64,000 nt of DNA, taken from assembly GCA_963815195.1 (NCBI GenBank), contig CAWFGE010000012.1, positions 416,001 through 480,000 of the forward strand, in the 5' to 3' direction. Made by a program: the position numbers and the translations under genes. Below the pieces are notes generated by a model. It was not told the origin of the DNA and ran no database searches. It saw only the letters and a list, made by a program, of their open reading frames with translations. Every line of letters starts with the position of its first letter. Within the stretch, counting starts at the first letter, position 1. Of this stretch, positions 10,401-18,549 are shown piece after piece. This DNA is from an uncultured Planctomycetaceae bacterium (GTDB lineage: Bacteria; Planctomycetota; Planctomycetia; Planctomycetales; Planctomycetaceae).

Positions 10401-12818
10401 TCCGTCAATCGTTTGAGGCGGTTGATGAACTCCTGCGGGTCGGCATTCCCGGAAGTCACGATGCCGTCACCGATATAAATCACATGCGTCTTCTCACCAA
10501 GCCGATTGAGCACCGACTCGGCCATGCGGTCCAGATTGGTCCAGCCCAGCGAGATGCGGTCTTTGAGCCAGTTTTGCGCGTGGGCGATCGCCGGTTGCCC
10601 GTCTTGGCCGGCTTTGATCGGTTCCTTATAGACCCACGTGCAATCGACGTCGCAGGCCGCCAGGTTGAAGCGGTCGTCCGGCCCCAATGCATCGAGCAGG
10701 CTTCCCACGAACTCCGCTTGCTGTTTGCGTTTTTCCGAATCCATCGACGCCGAGGTGTCGCAGACCAACAGCAGTTCCAGCGGCTTGCCGTCGGGCAGGA
10801 GTTCGCGCTGCCAATTGCCCGCGGGTCCGGGCGGCGTCAACTCGACAAGAAAGTACCCGTCTTCGCCGCGCTGATGCGGGATGACCACGACATCGGAGTT
10901 TTGGGAATCCAATTCGCAGACGATTTCAAAATCCCGGTCGGGCGTGTATTCCTGTGCGGAAAACTCGAGCTTCGCCGAGTGTGTCGCGAGCTGCGAACGC
11001 ACGGCATGCGTGGGGCAGTCCACGGACTTGATGGGGATCGCCGAGTGAATCTGGACATCGAGCGACAACTCCCGCAACGGCGTTGTCCGCAGAAGCTCGC
11101 TCCGCAGGCCGTAGGAATAGCGGTAACGGTTCCCCCGCAAAGGCAGCACCTGCGTGTAGACGATGCGGATGCGTTTTTCGGAATGGGCGGGGATGGGATA
11201 TACGCGGGCTTTGAAGATGTTGCCCCCCGTCCATTCCAGCAGGCCGGGGTCTCGCTTTTCGCGGAGGATGGTTTCGTAGATTTCGCGGGCCCGCTGCTTC
11301 TCGACGACGTCCGCCTCGATCAGTTCGCCGCCGATCCACATCCCGAACCCGCTGATCGAAGCATCCTCCGGCAGCGGGAAATGGAATACCCCTTCCAAGG
11401 TGCCGGCCGTGCGGTTGATGAATGATTCTTCGATCGTCGTGCGGGCGATCTGATCGCGGATCTCGACCTGCACCTTATGAAAGCCCACCGACAACGGCAC
11501 ATTTCGGCCATCGATCTTGGCGATCAGCGAACCGAGCGATTCGTTCGAACTGCTGCCTTCGTATCCCGCCAGCCACACCGGAGTGCTCGCGACTTTTTTG
11601 AAGGTGCGGTCCCATTGGAGGAAATAGTGAGCCGACTCGCCCTTGGCGATCGTCACGGTCTGTTTGTCGGGGCCGAGCAATTCCAGCGGCCGGTCCGCGG
11701 ACTTCGTGCCGGTGATCTTCACCTCGCCCGCATACAGCCGGACGCGGTGCGGGGTCTGGAGTTCGATCAAAGTCCCCGGCCCGACGATCAGTTGGTATTC
11801 CGAAGTGAGAAGGGCGGTGACGGCATTCGCGCCGCGAACGTCCGTCCGCAGCCAATCGCCCGGCTTGACGAGCAGTCTGCCGGCACACCGGCGTCCAGCG
11901 GCGGCTCAACTTGGGCTTCAACGTGACGATGCCCTGCGAGTCGGTCAGCTTTCCAATCCGCCCATCTTCCGAAAGGGATTTGGCGACGACGAATTTCGAT
12001 TCATCCACGGGCACATCGCGGGCCACCAAGGCGAGTTCCGCAATCGGGGCGGATTTGCGTTTCCCGGCCGGCCAGAGCGCCAAAGTTTGGAGTTCGCCCG
12101 TTTGGGCGTCGGCGAGGGCTTCGACCAAAACCGCAGGCTTCCGATCCCGAGCGGTCATGCGAAACACCCGAAACCGCTTGCCTTCGCGGTCCACGATGCC
12201 GTCCGATTCGACTTCCCGAAACCGCGCGGCTTCTTTTTCGTCGAGGCCGACCAATGCCAGCAAATCCACCCGCCCGCTGGACTCGTCGTACCAGGCGGCG
12301 GTGTCCGTTTGGTAAGTGTTCGCGTCCTCATCGACTTGCCAGAGCCGATGCCCCGCGGCGACTTCGTAGTTTTTGGGCGACTCTTCCCAGCGGACCTGGC
12401 CGGGCATTCGCACCCAAACGTCCGCCGAGCGGCCGTCTTTGGTGAACTTCAAATGCAGCGACTTCAGGGCGGCCGTCCGATCGAGAACGGTTCCCACGGT
12501 GAGTTCCCCGCGCACGGGGCCTTGGCCGAAAAACCACATCAGCGTGCCAAACAGGGCCGAGAGCGCGATCAAGGATTTGGTCAACATGCTTCTTCGCCTG
12601 GAACCAGCGGGAATGGAAGGAACGGAATCGGACGCAATCTGTCGAGAGGTCTGGGCCGTTGCGGACTCTGAAAACATCGCCGCACCGAGAGCCTTCACGC
12701 GGTCGGCGATTTCCGGTTGAAACGGAGCCGCGGTCTCATCGAGCACAGCCAGCCGGCGGGCGAGGAACTCCTCGTCGGTCGGATCGGGTTCGTGCGGGGT
12801 ATGGGAATCGGCAGTCAT
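3257..12818 (-). CDS. Giant (about 3,190 aa reconstructed) membrane-anchored protein: TM + LolA/RseB-like + FecR-like + VIT + vWA + TPR; putative anti-sigma factor; interrupted by 5 frameshifts
   Basis: ORFs 11475..12818, 5780..11770, 5671..6186 (3' part), 4811..5719, 4477..4782 and 3257..4483 join into continuous protein-like sequence with single-base shifts at about 11876, 5944, 5695, 4858 and 4507. ATG overlaps the ECF stop codon. Confidence 0.75.
5780..11770 (-). CDS. VIT + vWA + TPR central fragment of the giant protein
   Basis: VIT (HKVQVEIRDQIARTTIEESF...EGVFHFPLPEDASISGF...EKQRAREIYE...DPGLLEW...VYPIPA), vWA MIDAS DTSAS and IGDG, ITIH-like RLWA...TPYTSLLVLE, then helical repeats. Confidence 0.85.
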   Translation of the reverse strand: MIELQTPHRVRLYAGEVKITGTKSADRPLELLGPDKQTVTIAKGESAHYFLQWDRTFKKVASTPVWLAGYEGSSSNESLGSLIAKIDGRNVPLSVGFHKVQVEIRDQIARTTIEESFINRTAGTLEGVFHFPLPEDASISGFGMWIGGELIEADVVEKQRAREIYETILREKRDPGLLEWTGGNIFKARVYPIPAHSEKRIRIVYTQVLPLRGNRYRYSYGLRSELLRTTPLRELSLDVQIHSAIPIKSVDCPTHAVRSQLATHSAKLEFSAQEYTPDRDFEIVCELDSQNSDVVVIPHQRGEDGYFLVELTPPGPAGNWQRELLPDGKPLELLLVCDTSASMDSEKRKQQAEFVGSLLDALGPDDRFNLAACDVDCTWVYKEPIKAGQDGQPAIAHAQNWLKDRISLGWTNLDRMAESVLNRLGEKTHVIYIGDGIVTSGNADPQEFINRLKRLTDKKRRGTFHAVSVGNSFESAVLKAVARVGGGSVRHIGGEQTPQKTAFELLNEIAQPGLRDLQVEFRGLQVAAVYPEQLPNLAAGTQQILIGRYLPQGKSQSGEIIIRGERDGEPVKFAARIDLANAEAGNSFIPRLWARAHLDHLLAQGQSSFIKDQIIALSEEFHIITPYTSLLVLESDTDRERFGVKRRYEMRDGERFFAEGKDQSHMELLQQQMKLAGDWRLGLRRHVLARFAQLGRSSKLFEHLTQHLQTQAFGPPQNQPMSGTPYFAHGEELGDAGGMGGWANVSGGEINEFNQSLSLIVSQTQSIEDHRSSESGESLGRDLTIFNPTPADETTAWDGEELREEMKPRIDDVDLKDRAASSWKFAGVDGSSLWSLGGTEKDLKENLASSQFFERSGMGGGERWGARSSYYSNYYTQWIDQLFPALPNPPGKKMPQKPKWTGEALEISQNLIQPLDLKSGGLEIAQHAESRDSIWDRETGVSDTRQLFAPKRWLHGTQSAGSQTLIAWCTAKERGVASRAFQLGRVRKSFPGDLESFHPGERLYAVTGLHETYRDYNVKVDHPAKDRAVLTLTYRDQTDSQIVVTIDTERNVILEFAWQTHGKTSSSTKYSDYVQVGGVWWPGKMESFDDKSRPTSVSTQTVKLLDDAGFEKRFNQELPNRDEVRLLTLPLPSLRDAEKAVAAGSADFEDRLVLLLRSSLIQKWNEVLKQLKAMEELSPQQSGLKWIRAAVLIGARHYDEARLLFQNIADGIVSAKPADELFLANSALDRAGQILDSNEQLRLLDRLRPVFDRQPKTADAERSWKTRRAQTLRSLGRTEEVLKLQKDLAASAPWDASAQTVYAQDLVNAGDYEAAYKWLRQEIARKPDRQEYETQQLRGAYAEHLYQQGREEDYVAFLKEWIETDPAGSQPYEQYLSGLIFANRTDDADETAKAWLKAGRVPGRLEPADLARLNAPVDYALGQRYRVSMDWLDPAWLGPLEETAVFFLDHKYYFHTASRIIDNDRFRDSDEYGRVMAEVARRLKTSADTLPARFLSSYVNWLSGREELSTGEWKQIAETLHERWKAAKEATEREQLGDALMQIYAPQWHYENVESLSFLRERLARAEKAGDPYYISLHRQALFDELLSRDWREEYEAEAFSLIDRLSGNSYWTAPTVSQRMAVQIHALHRFVDRMLEARYQADLKKLQDEGHPEKLTRTELAEKKAGFQKAAREGVAKRLAEGWNAKADEKRSGDETAVREELLGWIKLERVDLDLKLGRDFDQAAKVCWDMLGDEPKPEKTAEPVFDERQQESARRRLIEDLRKQRAFVTLNYLAVRRSAPAELVARLKKYIAAGLKFEGDAAAPWKRAEFGLLIALDQPEGLERRLTEWIRTDPFPAPWQLALGRLSAERGKLAEAIRLFETVERESQLSPADDAAMANWYLALDRKADYRRAKVEVFKSMPEYQISNWIRGKRTPWYQTAQPLPAELDEDVLFAFRALFRKEQPARKLCLRAAGVLHGLPGFPAARDDPGRPHRPHAAADLSVPQEPAVEPAF
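11475..12818 (-). CDS. N-terminal fragment of the giant protein (cytoplasmic tail, TM, LolA-like, start of FecR-like domain)
   Basis: TM LIALSALFGTLMWFF; LolA-like VWVRMPGQVRWEE...LWQVDEDANT...VPVDESKF; FecR-like IGKLTDSQGIVTLK, continuing in another frame as LLVKPGDWLRTDVRGANAV...IVGPGTLIEL. Confidence 0.7.
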   Translation of the reverse strand: MTADSHTPHEPDPTDEEFLARRLAVLDETAAPFQPEIADRVKALGAAMFSESATAQTSRQIASDSVPSIPAGSRRRSMLTKSLIALSALFGTLMWFFGQGPVRGELTVGTVLDRTAALKSLHLKFTKDGRSADVWVRMPGQVRWEESPKNYEVAAGHRLWQVDEDANTYQTDTAAWYDESSGRVDLLALVGLDEKEAARFREVESDGIVDREGKRFRVFRMTARDRKPAVLVEALADAQTGELQTLALWPAGKRKSAPIAELALVARDVPVDESKFVVAKSLSEDGRIGKLTDSQGIVTLKPKLSRRWTPVCRQTARQAGRLAADGRSRRECRHRPSHFGIPTDRRAGDFDRTPDPAPRPAVCGRGEDHRHEVRGPAAGIARPRQTDRDDRQGRVGSLFPPMGPHLQKSREHSGVAGGIRRQQFERIARFADRQDRWPKCAVVGGLS

Positions 12819-13429
12819 GGCAAATCCCCCTTGCGGGGTGCGAGTTCGGTCACGGCGTCTTGGTCAGGGTTTTGATTGCGGAACTCCCTTTCGTACCGGG
12901 CGCGGAAATCCCGCCGGGCGCGGGCCAGCCGGGAGCGAACCGATTCCTGCGTGCCGCCCAGCAATTGCACCAGCTCGATCACGCTTAGTCCGTCCAGGTA
13001 TTTTCCCGTCAAGAGCGCGGCGGAATCCGCGTGCATCTCGGCCAGGAGACAACGCACCAATTCAACGGTTTCCTCGCGCAACAAACGGTCCAGCGGATCC
13101 TGATTCGAATGGGGATGAATTGGGTCGGACCGAAGTTGAGTCACACGCGACGACTTGAGTTTTCGCCAATACAGAGCCGACTGATGATGCCCGATCGCCG
13201 CCAGCCACGGCCAAAGCCTCGTATCCTCGGCGAGAGCTCGCCCCGCCTTGCACGCGGCGAGCATCGTCTCCTGAAACACGTCGGCGACGGCTTCCCGGTC
13301 GCTTCCCACCAACCGGGCGACGTACTTCCACACGCGGGCACTGTACTCTTCGCAGAGCGCCTCCCAGGCGGCTCGGTCTCCCCGGCGGAGACCCCGGACA
13401 ATGTCCGCATCGGTTGATCTGTCACTCAC
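12815..13429 (-). CDS. ECF (group 4) sigma-70 factor
   Basis: 204 aa; region 2 (AWEALCEEYSARVWKYV...ADVFQETML...WPWLAAI) and region 4 (LLTGKYLDGLSVIELVQLLGGTQESVRSRLARAR). Confidence 0.92.
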   Translation of the reverse strand: MSDRSTDADIVRGLRRGDRAAWEALCEEYSARVWKYVARLVGSDREAVADVFQETMLAACKAGRALAEDTRLWPWLAAIGHHQSALYWRKLKSSRVTQLRSDPIHPHSNQDPLDRLLREETVELVRCLLAEMHADSAALLTGKYLDGLSVIELVQLLGGTQESVRSRLARARRDFRARYEREFRNQNPDQDAVTELAPRKGDLP

Positions 13430-13550
13430 GAAAACTCCCGGCGAGTTGTGCGTCTAGAGAGAATTGCGCGAGCGGGCCAAATGTGTCGCCGAAAATGGAA
13501 AAATCCGCAGTTTTTCGATAAAAGCCGCAGAGCCGGATCGTTGGGGATTG

Positions 13551-15338
13551 CTACTCCGCTTCCTCCCTGACGCTGAATTCCAGTTTCCAGCGGGCGTCGG
13601 ATTTGCTGCTCACGCACCAGAGTTCCAGTAAACCCAGCTCCGTGATTTTGGAATGAAACCGCACGGGGACGTAGGGTTCGTCGATGGCATCGTCCGGCGG
13701 GAGGGTGGCTTCCATCGGGGCGGTTTCTTCGAGTTCCTCCGGCGACCACGCGGGGAGTACGGTGCCGGGCTCGTCCTCTTTGCGGATCGAGCTTTTGAAG
13801 AATCGGAACCGGGCCGGCTCGCCGACGACCAGGCCGATCTCTGACGAAGGCACATCGGCTTCGGTGCCTTCCTCCATGCCGATGGGCACGACGCACAACG
13901 CCCGGAGCGGCCGGGCCGCGCCGGGAATGGCGAGGCCGGCGGTTTCGATGCCGACGTAATACGACCGGGCCGTGCCGCCGCGGATGCGAATCCCGCCGTG
14001 CTTTTTGGACCAGCCATAAAACGCGGCCCCGCGGGCGACGGCATGGTCGAGATCCCGCGTGCCTTCGAGAATCGCGGGGGCTTCGCTTTTGCCGAACCAG
14101 CCGCCCATCACCTTGATGAGCCGGTTTGCAAAAGCTTCGCTTTTGAAGACGCCCCCGTTGAACAAAACCTGCGTCGGCCGGGCCGGGCTGTCGCCGCCGT
14201 GCGCCGAGAGGAACGCGGCGAGATGTTTCGTGACCGCGGCGTCGGATTCAAACGGCAGCCCGATTTCCTGAAAGCCCGACACTCGCTGCCGGGCCGGCTG
14301 GTCCGTGACTTTGCAGAGGGGGAAGAATCCGTCCATCAGCAGTTTTTGGGCCTGTTGTTTTTGGACTTCGACCGAGACCGTGCCGCCGATCAAGCGGCTC
14401 CCGCGGCCGAGGACCGAGATCGTGTGCTGCTCGGGGCCGTTCGGGTCCATCAATGTTTCCTTGGCGGCCCGGCAGGAATGCCACAGCGACACCGACTGCC
14501 AGGGATCGAGATTCAATCCCTTCTCCTGGAACAATGTTGCGGCATGATGGGCCAGCGAGAGGTCCATGTTGTCGCCGCCGACCAAGAGGTGATCGCCGAC
14601 CGCGAGCCGTTTGAGCACCAGATCGCCTGCTTCATCGACGACGGTGATCAGCGACAAGTCCGTGGTTCCGCCGCCGATGTCGCAGACGAGCAGATGGTCG
14701 CCCGCCTTGAGCAGCTTCCGCCAGCGGTCGCCGGTCTCGTTCAGCCAGCAATACACCGCCGACTGCGGTTCTTCAAGCAGCACGAGATTATCAGGTAATC
14801 CCGCGGCGAGCGCGGCTTCGCGGGTGAGTTCGCGGGCGGAGGCATCGAACGACGCCGGCACCGTGAGCACCACCGTCTGCTCGGTGATGGGGGCATCGGG
14901 GAACTGGTGCTCCCACGCGGCGATGAGGTGCTGGAGATACCGCTGCGAAGCTGTCACCGGGGAGATTTTGGGAACTTCGTCCGCCGCCCCCCAGGGCAGG
15001 ATCGCGGTGTGCCGATCGACTCGGCTGTGGCAGAGCCAGCTTTTCGCCGCCCCCACAGTGCGGTCGGGAAACTCGGCCGCCTGATCGCGGGCCAACCGGC
15101 CCACGGCGAAATCCCGGCCGGCCGCCCAGGGCAAATCATACGCCGCGCTCTCGGCTTCGTGCTCGCTCGCCAGATACAAAAACGAAGGCAGCGTGGTCGA
15201 GGGTTCCACCGTCCCCGCCGCCACGAGTTGCGGAATGGGCAACAGTTCAATCCGCGGCTCCTCGGCCTCGAGCGAAGCATAAGCCAACACGCTGTTCGTC
15301 GTGCCGAGGTCGATTCCAATCACATATTGTGCAGGCAT
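13551..15338 (-). CDS. Hsp70-family (DnaK-related, non-canonical) protein
   Basis: IGIDLGTTNS, VLTVPASFD, LLEEPQSA, VCDIGGGTTD, GGDNMD, VLFNGG, AVARGAA. Confidence 0.92.
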   Translation of the reverse strand: MPAQYVIGIDLGTTNSVLAYASLEAEEPRIELLPIPQLVAAGTVEPSTTLPSFLYLASEHEAESAAYDLPWAAGRDFAVGRLARDQAAEFPDRTVGAAKSWLCHSRVDRHTAILPWGAADEVPKISPVTASQRYLQHLIAAWEHQFPDAPITEQTVVLTVPASFDASARELTREAALAAGLPDNLVLLEEPQSAVYCWLNETGDRWRKLLKAGDHLLVCDIGGGTTDLSLITVVDEAGDLVLKRLAVGDHLLVGGDNMDLSLAHHAATLFQEKGLNLDPWQSVSLWHSCRAAKETLMDPNGPEQHTISVLGRGSRLIGGTVSVEVQKQQAQKLLMDGFFPLCKVTDQPARQRVSGFQEIGLPFESDAAVTKHLAAFLSAHGGDSPARPTQVLFNGGVFKSEAFANRLIKVMGGWFGKSEAPAILEGTRDLDHAVARGAAFYGWSKKHGGIRIRGGTARSYYVGIETAGLAIPGAARPLRALCVVPIGMEEGTEADVPSSEIGLVVGEPARFRFFKSSIRKEDEPGTVLPAWSPEELEETAPMEATLPPDDAIDEPYVPVRFHSKITELGLLELWCVSSKSDARWKLEFSVREEAE

Positions 15339-15377
15339 GGTTTTGAGAGGGGCAGAATTCAGGGATTCGGAGTGAGT

Positions 15378-15448
15378 GAGGATAAATGTTAGAAGATAGA
15401 GGACGGCCTTCGCAAAACTCTATCCTCCATCTTCTAACCTCTATCCTC
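15378..15448. repeat. Inverted array of 7-mer repeats (GAGGATA-like / TATCCTC-like)
   Basis: gaggata-aatgtta-gaagata-gagga ... tatcctc-catcttc-taacctc-tatcctc form an imperfect hairpin between DUF2760 and Hsp70. Confidence 0.6.
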
Positions 15449-15488
15449 ACGTTGAGAAAAGGTTGACCTTCAACACAATCAGGGCGGG

Positions 15489-16031
15489 TTATTTAATCTC
15501 GACTTCCGCCGGGGCGATGATTTTCGCGGCTTCGTCGCTGCCGGTCCATTCGGGGAGTTGGCACGCGGCGACTTGCCAGCCGTGGTGCGTCAGTGTCCCC
15601 TCGAACGGCGGTTCGCCGGAGACGTGGCCGACGAGGCGATAGCGGCCGGCGTCGAAGCCTTTGGGCACTTCGATTTTTGCGCCTTCGTTCTCCGAGAGCA
15701 CGGGCTTTGGGCCGAACATGCGGTTGACGACCGCCGCGAGGTTCCGGTGGATGTCCCGCACCGCGGCCCCGATTTGCTCGTCGCTCAAGCCGTCCAAGGG
15801 TTCCTTGACGAAGTCGATAAACCGCGCTTCCCGCTGGAGGGCCGCCAGGAGCGTCACCGCTTCGCTGCGGGCGGGCTTCTTGGGCGGGGCGGGTTTTTTC
15901 TCGGCCGGCTTGGGCTGTTCCAGCTTGGGCGTCTCGGGCCCAGCGTGCAGAGCCTGGTCGATCCGCTCGGCCATCTCGCGATTGAAAAGAGCCTTGAAAA
16001 ACGCCTGAAAAGCCACCGCAATTCGGGCCAT
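15489..16031 (-). CDS. DUF2760 domain-containing protein
   Basis: AVTLLAALQREARFIDFVKE...QIGAAVRDIH...G.FDAGRYRLVGHV.GEPPFEGTLTHHGW...IAPAEVEI; adjacent to Hsp70 as is typical. Confidence 0.88.
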   Translation of the reverse strand: MARIAVAFQAFFKALFNREMAERIDQALHAGPETPKLEQPKPAEKKPAPPKKPARSEAVTLLAALQREARFIDFVKEPLDGLSDEQIGAAVRDIHRNLAAVVNRMFGPKPVLSENEGAKIEVPKGFDAGRYRLVGHVSGEPPFEGTLTHHGWQVAACQLPEWTGSDEAAKIIAPAEVEIK

Positions 16032-16207
16032 GAGCTTTGATCCTGTCCTGCTTCAAAAGATGAAATTCGACGATGAGACCGACTGGTATGGTAGGTTTCC
16101 CACGGCCAGATTGGTAGCCCCGGCGGGCGCACGAAAAAAGCGAGCGGCCGTTGGATTTCGGCCGCTCGCCGTTGTGCTTCATCGGAAGGCGTTCTGAGAT
16201 TCTGTTG

Positions 16208-18318
16208 CTAGCGATCCAGTTCCCGCGGTGCGGCGGGGTCAAAACGTCGGACCTCCTCGCCGAAGAGTTTCGCCCGGTCGATGACTTCGTTGCCGCCAAT
16301 CGTGAGCAGGGCCTTCAGGTCCTTCGCATCCAATTGAGGATCGAGCGTGAGGACGCGGCCGTCGGCGAAGAGCGCCAGAAAGCCGCCGTCAACGCCGCCC
16401 AGAATCTCGCCGGCTTTGGCGGGATCCAGATCGAATCCGCCCGGCTTGGTCCAGGGCTCCGCCTTATCGGGTTTCACGGTCAGCACGATAATGCTGTTGG
16501 ACGCGCCGTCGGTCACGTCGCGAAAACTTCGCGATTTGTCGCCGTCAATTACAAATCCTTTGCCGGCAGGGGCCACGTATTGGGTATAGCCGGGTTTGGC
16601 GTCGTCGCTGAGCTTGTAAACGTCGGGCATCTTGTCCAACAGCGCTTTGTTGTGCGGGCTGTCCCAAGGCTCGTCAAGTTTGAATTGCTCGTAAAGCGGG
16701 GCCTGGTCAATAAAAGGCAGCAAATGCACGCGCCAGCTGAGTTTGCCCTTTCGCTCCGCCGGTAACTCGGACGTGCCAGCTGGGAAGGGAAACATTTTGA
16801 AAGTGTCGTGGTAATTGTGGCAGGCAATGCCGATTTGCTTGAGGTCGTTCCGTTTCGTCGCATCCTTGGCTTTTTCTTTCGCCACGGCCGCGATTTTCTT
16901 GGCGACCTCGGTGGCGGATTGGGGGACGTGGATGTTGAGTTGGAACTTCCGTTCGTCCGCGGTCCCTTTGGCTCCGATGTAGACTTCCTGCACCAGCTTG
17001 CTCACCTCGCCGCCCAGTTCCTCGCCCAAGTCCTTTTTGGCCAACTGGGGCAATTGACCGTTGATGAAGACCGCGGCCATGGCGTAGCCCAGATCGAACG
17101 ATTGTTTAATCGTCTTGGTGGCCTGGGCGTCGTTGGTGTCCACAACCACGTTGAGGTCCAGACCGTCCTGAAAGTCGAGAAACAACGAAAGGGCTTCGAG
17201 TTGCTGGGGGAGTTGCGCCAGCCCTTTGAGCTGCCCCTGCATTTGCTGGTCGGCGATCGCCGCGGGCATCTGCAGCAGGCCGCGGAAGGAATCCACTTCC
17301 GCCATAATCGCCACGTCGTGATCGAATCCGTTGTTGATCGCCCGCTGGACGATTTTCGATTGCGTTTGGTTGTCGAGCACCTCGGCCATGTCGTCCCGGT
17401 GCGTCGCCACCAACGTGGTCGGGTTCGGCATGAAATACGCGGAGCGTCGGGATCGTCGACGACGCGATATTTGACTCCGTTGTGGGTCGCGTCTTTCGTG
17501 GGGATGTTGCCTTTGGCTTCGAGCGTTTTGAGATCGATCGGCTGGGCGAATTGAACGATCAGGACGGCATCCATCTTGGGCAAGGGCAAACCGCCGGGGC
17601 CGCCCGGTCCGCCAAACTCCGGTCCGCCGGGACCTTCGGGCGGAAACGGCTGGTCTTGAAACTCGGCTTCGGGCTGAGCGGTGCAATCATCGGGGGCTTT
17701 CAGCGGCGGGCCCTTGGGAGCCGCTTCTTTCGGGAAATCCTTTGGGAATTCCCCCGCTTCTTCCTTCTCGAATTCGATTGCATCTCGTCTCTCGCGCACA
17801 CGCCGCGGTCCGAACGGGATATGCCCGTCGCCTTGCCAAAAGGCGATGGTGACCCGCTCGACGTTCCGCGGATCGATGCCTGACATCTGCTTCGCCTTAT
17901 CCAACTGCTCGCCGAGCGGGAGTTCCTCTTCGGGAAAGGCCTTGAGCAAATTGCTGCCCAGCACCGAACTCGGGCGGGCGCTCAACAGGACCACGGCATC
18001 GCTCGGGATGTACCGAAAATCGGCGAATTCCTTCGGCAGCGCGCTGACGTTGGGGCCGGCCGACTTTGCGTTGTTCGCGGCGTTATTGGCGGTCGTGGTG
18101 CCGGGCGTCTTCGGCGTCGGTGTGGTGCCGGGCTTGGGGGGTGCCGGCTTGGGATTTGTGTTTTGGGACGGCGGGTTGGAAACAGTTTCCTTTTTCGGGG
18201 GCTTGACATCGGCCCCGGCGGGGCTCGGCGATTTGTCGGTTTTGTCTTCGGATTTGCCGCCGCAGCCGGCGGGCAGGAGCAGCAGCGCTCCCAATAGAGC
18301 GATTCCCAATTGACGCAT
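16208..18318 (-). CDS. Lipoprotein with C-terminal DUF1559 domain (frameshift at about 17440)
   Basis: Lipobox LLPAG-C, Pro-rich linkers; C-terminal NDLKQIGIACHNYHD..FP...LSWRVHLLPFIDQAPLYEQFKLDEPWDSPHN...DVTDGASN...ALFADGRV; ORFs 17002..18318 and 16208..17686 join at DDPDAP/AYFMP. Confidence 0.85.
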
Positions 18319-18502
18319 CCTGTTTCCTCCCTATCAAAGACTCGGCGGAACGATCGTGATTCGTTGTTCGACCTGGAAAGAAACGCTTCCGCCTGAAGGA
18401 ATTCTTCCCAGGAATCTCCCGATACTGTAACGCCCGGGAGCCGATTTCGCGAGGACCAATCCGCCGCGTTTTCGGGGATTCTCAAACTGTCGAAAAGCCG
18501 AC

Positions 18503-18529
18503 CACGAAACACACAAAATACACAAAAAA
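18503..18529. repeat. 9-mer tandem microrepeat (CACGAAACA/CACAAAATA)
   Basis: cacgaaaca-cacaaaata-cacaaaaaa; related accacgaaaaatacgaaaa at 28795-28813. Confidence 0.45.
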
Positions 18530-18549
18530 GGGCTCGAAACTCCAAACTC

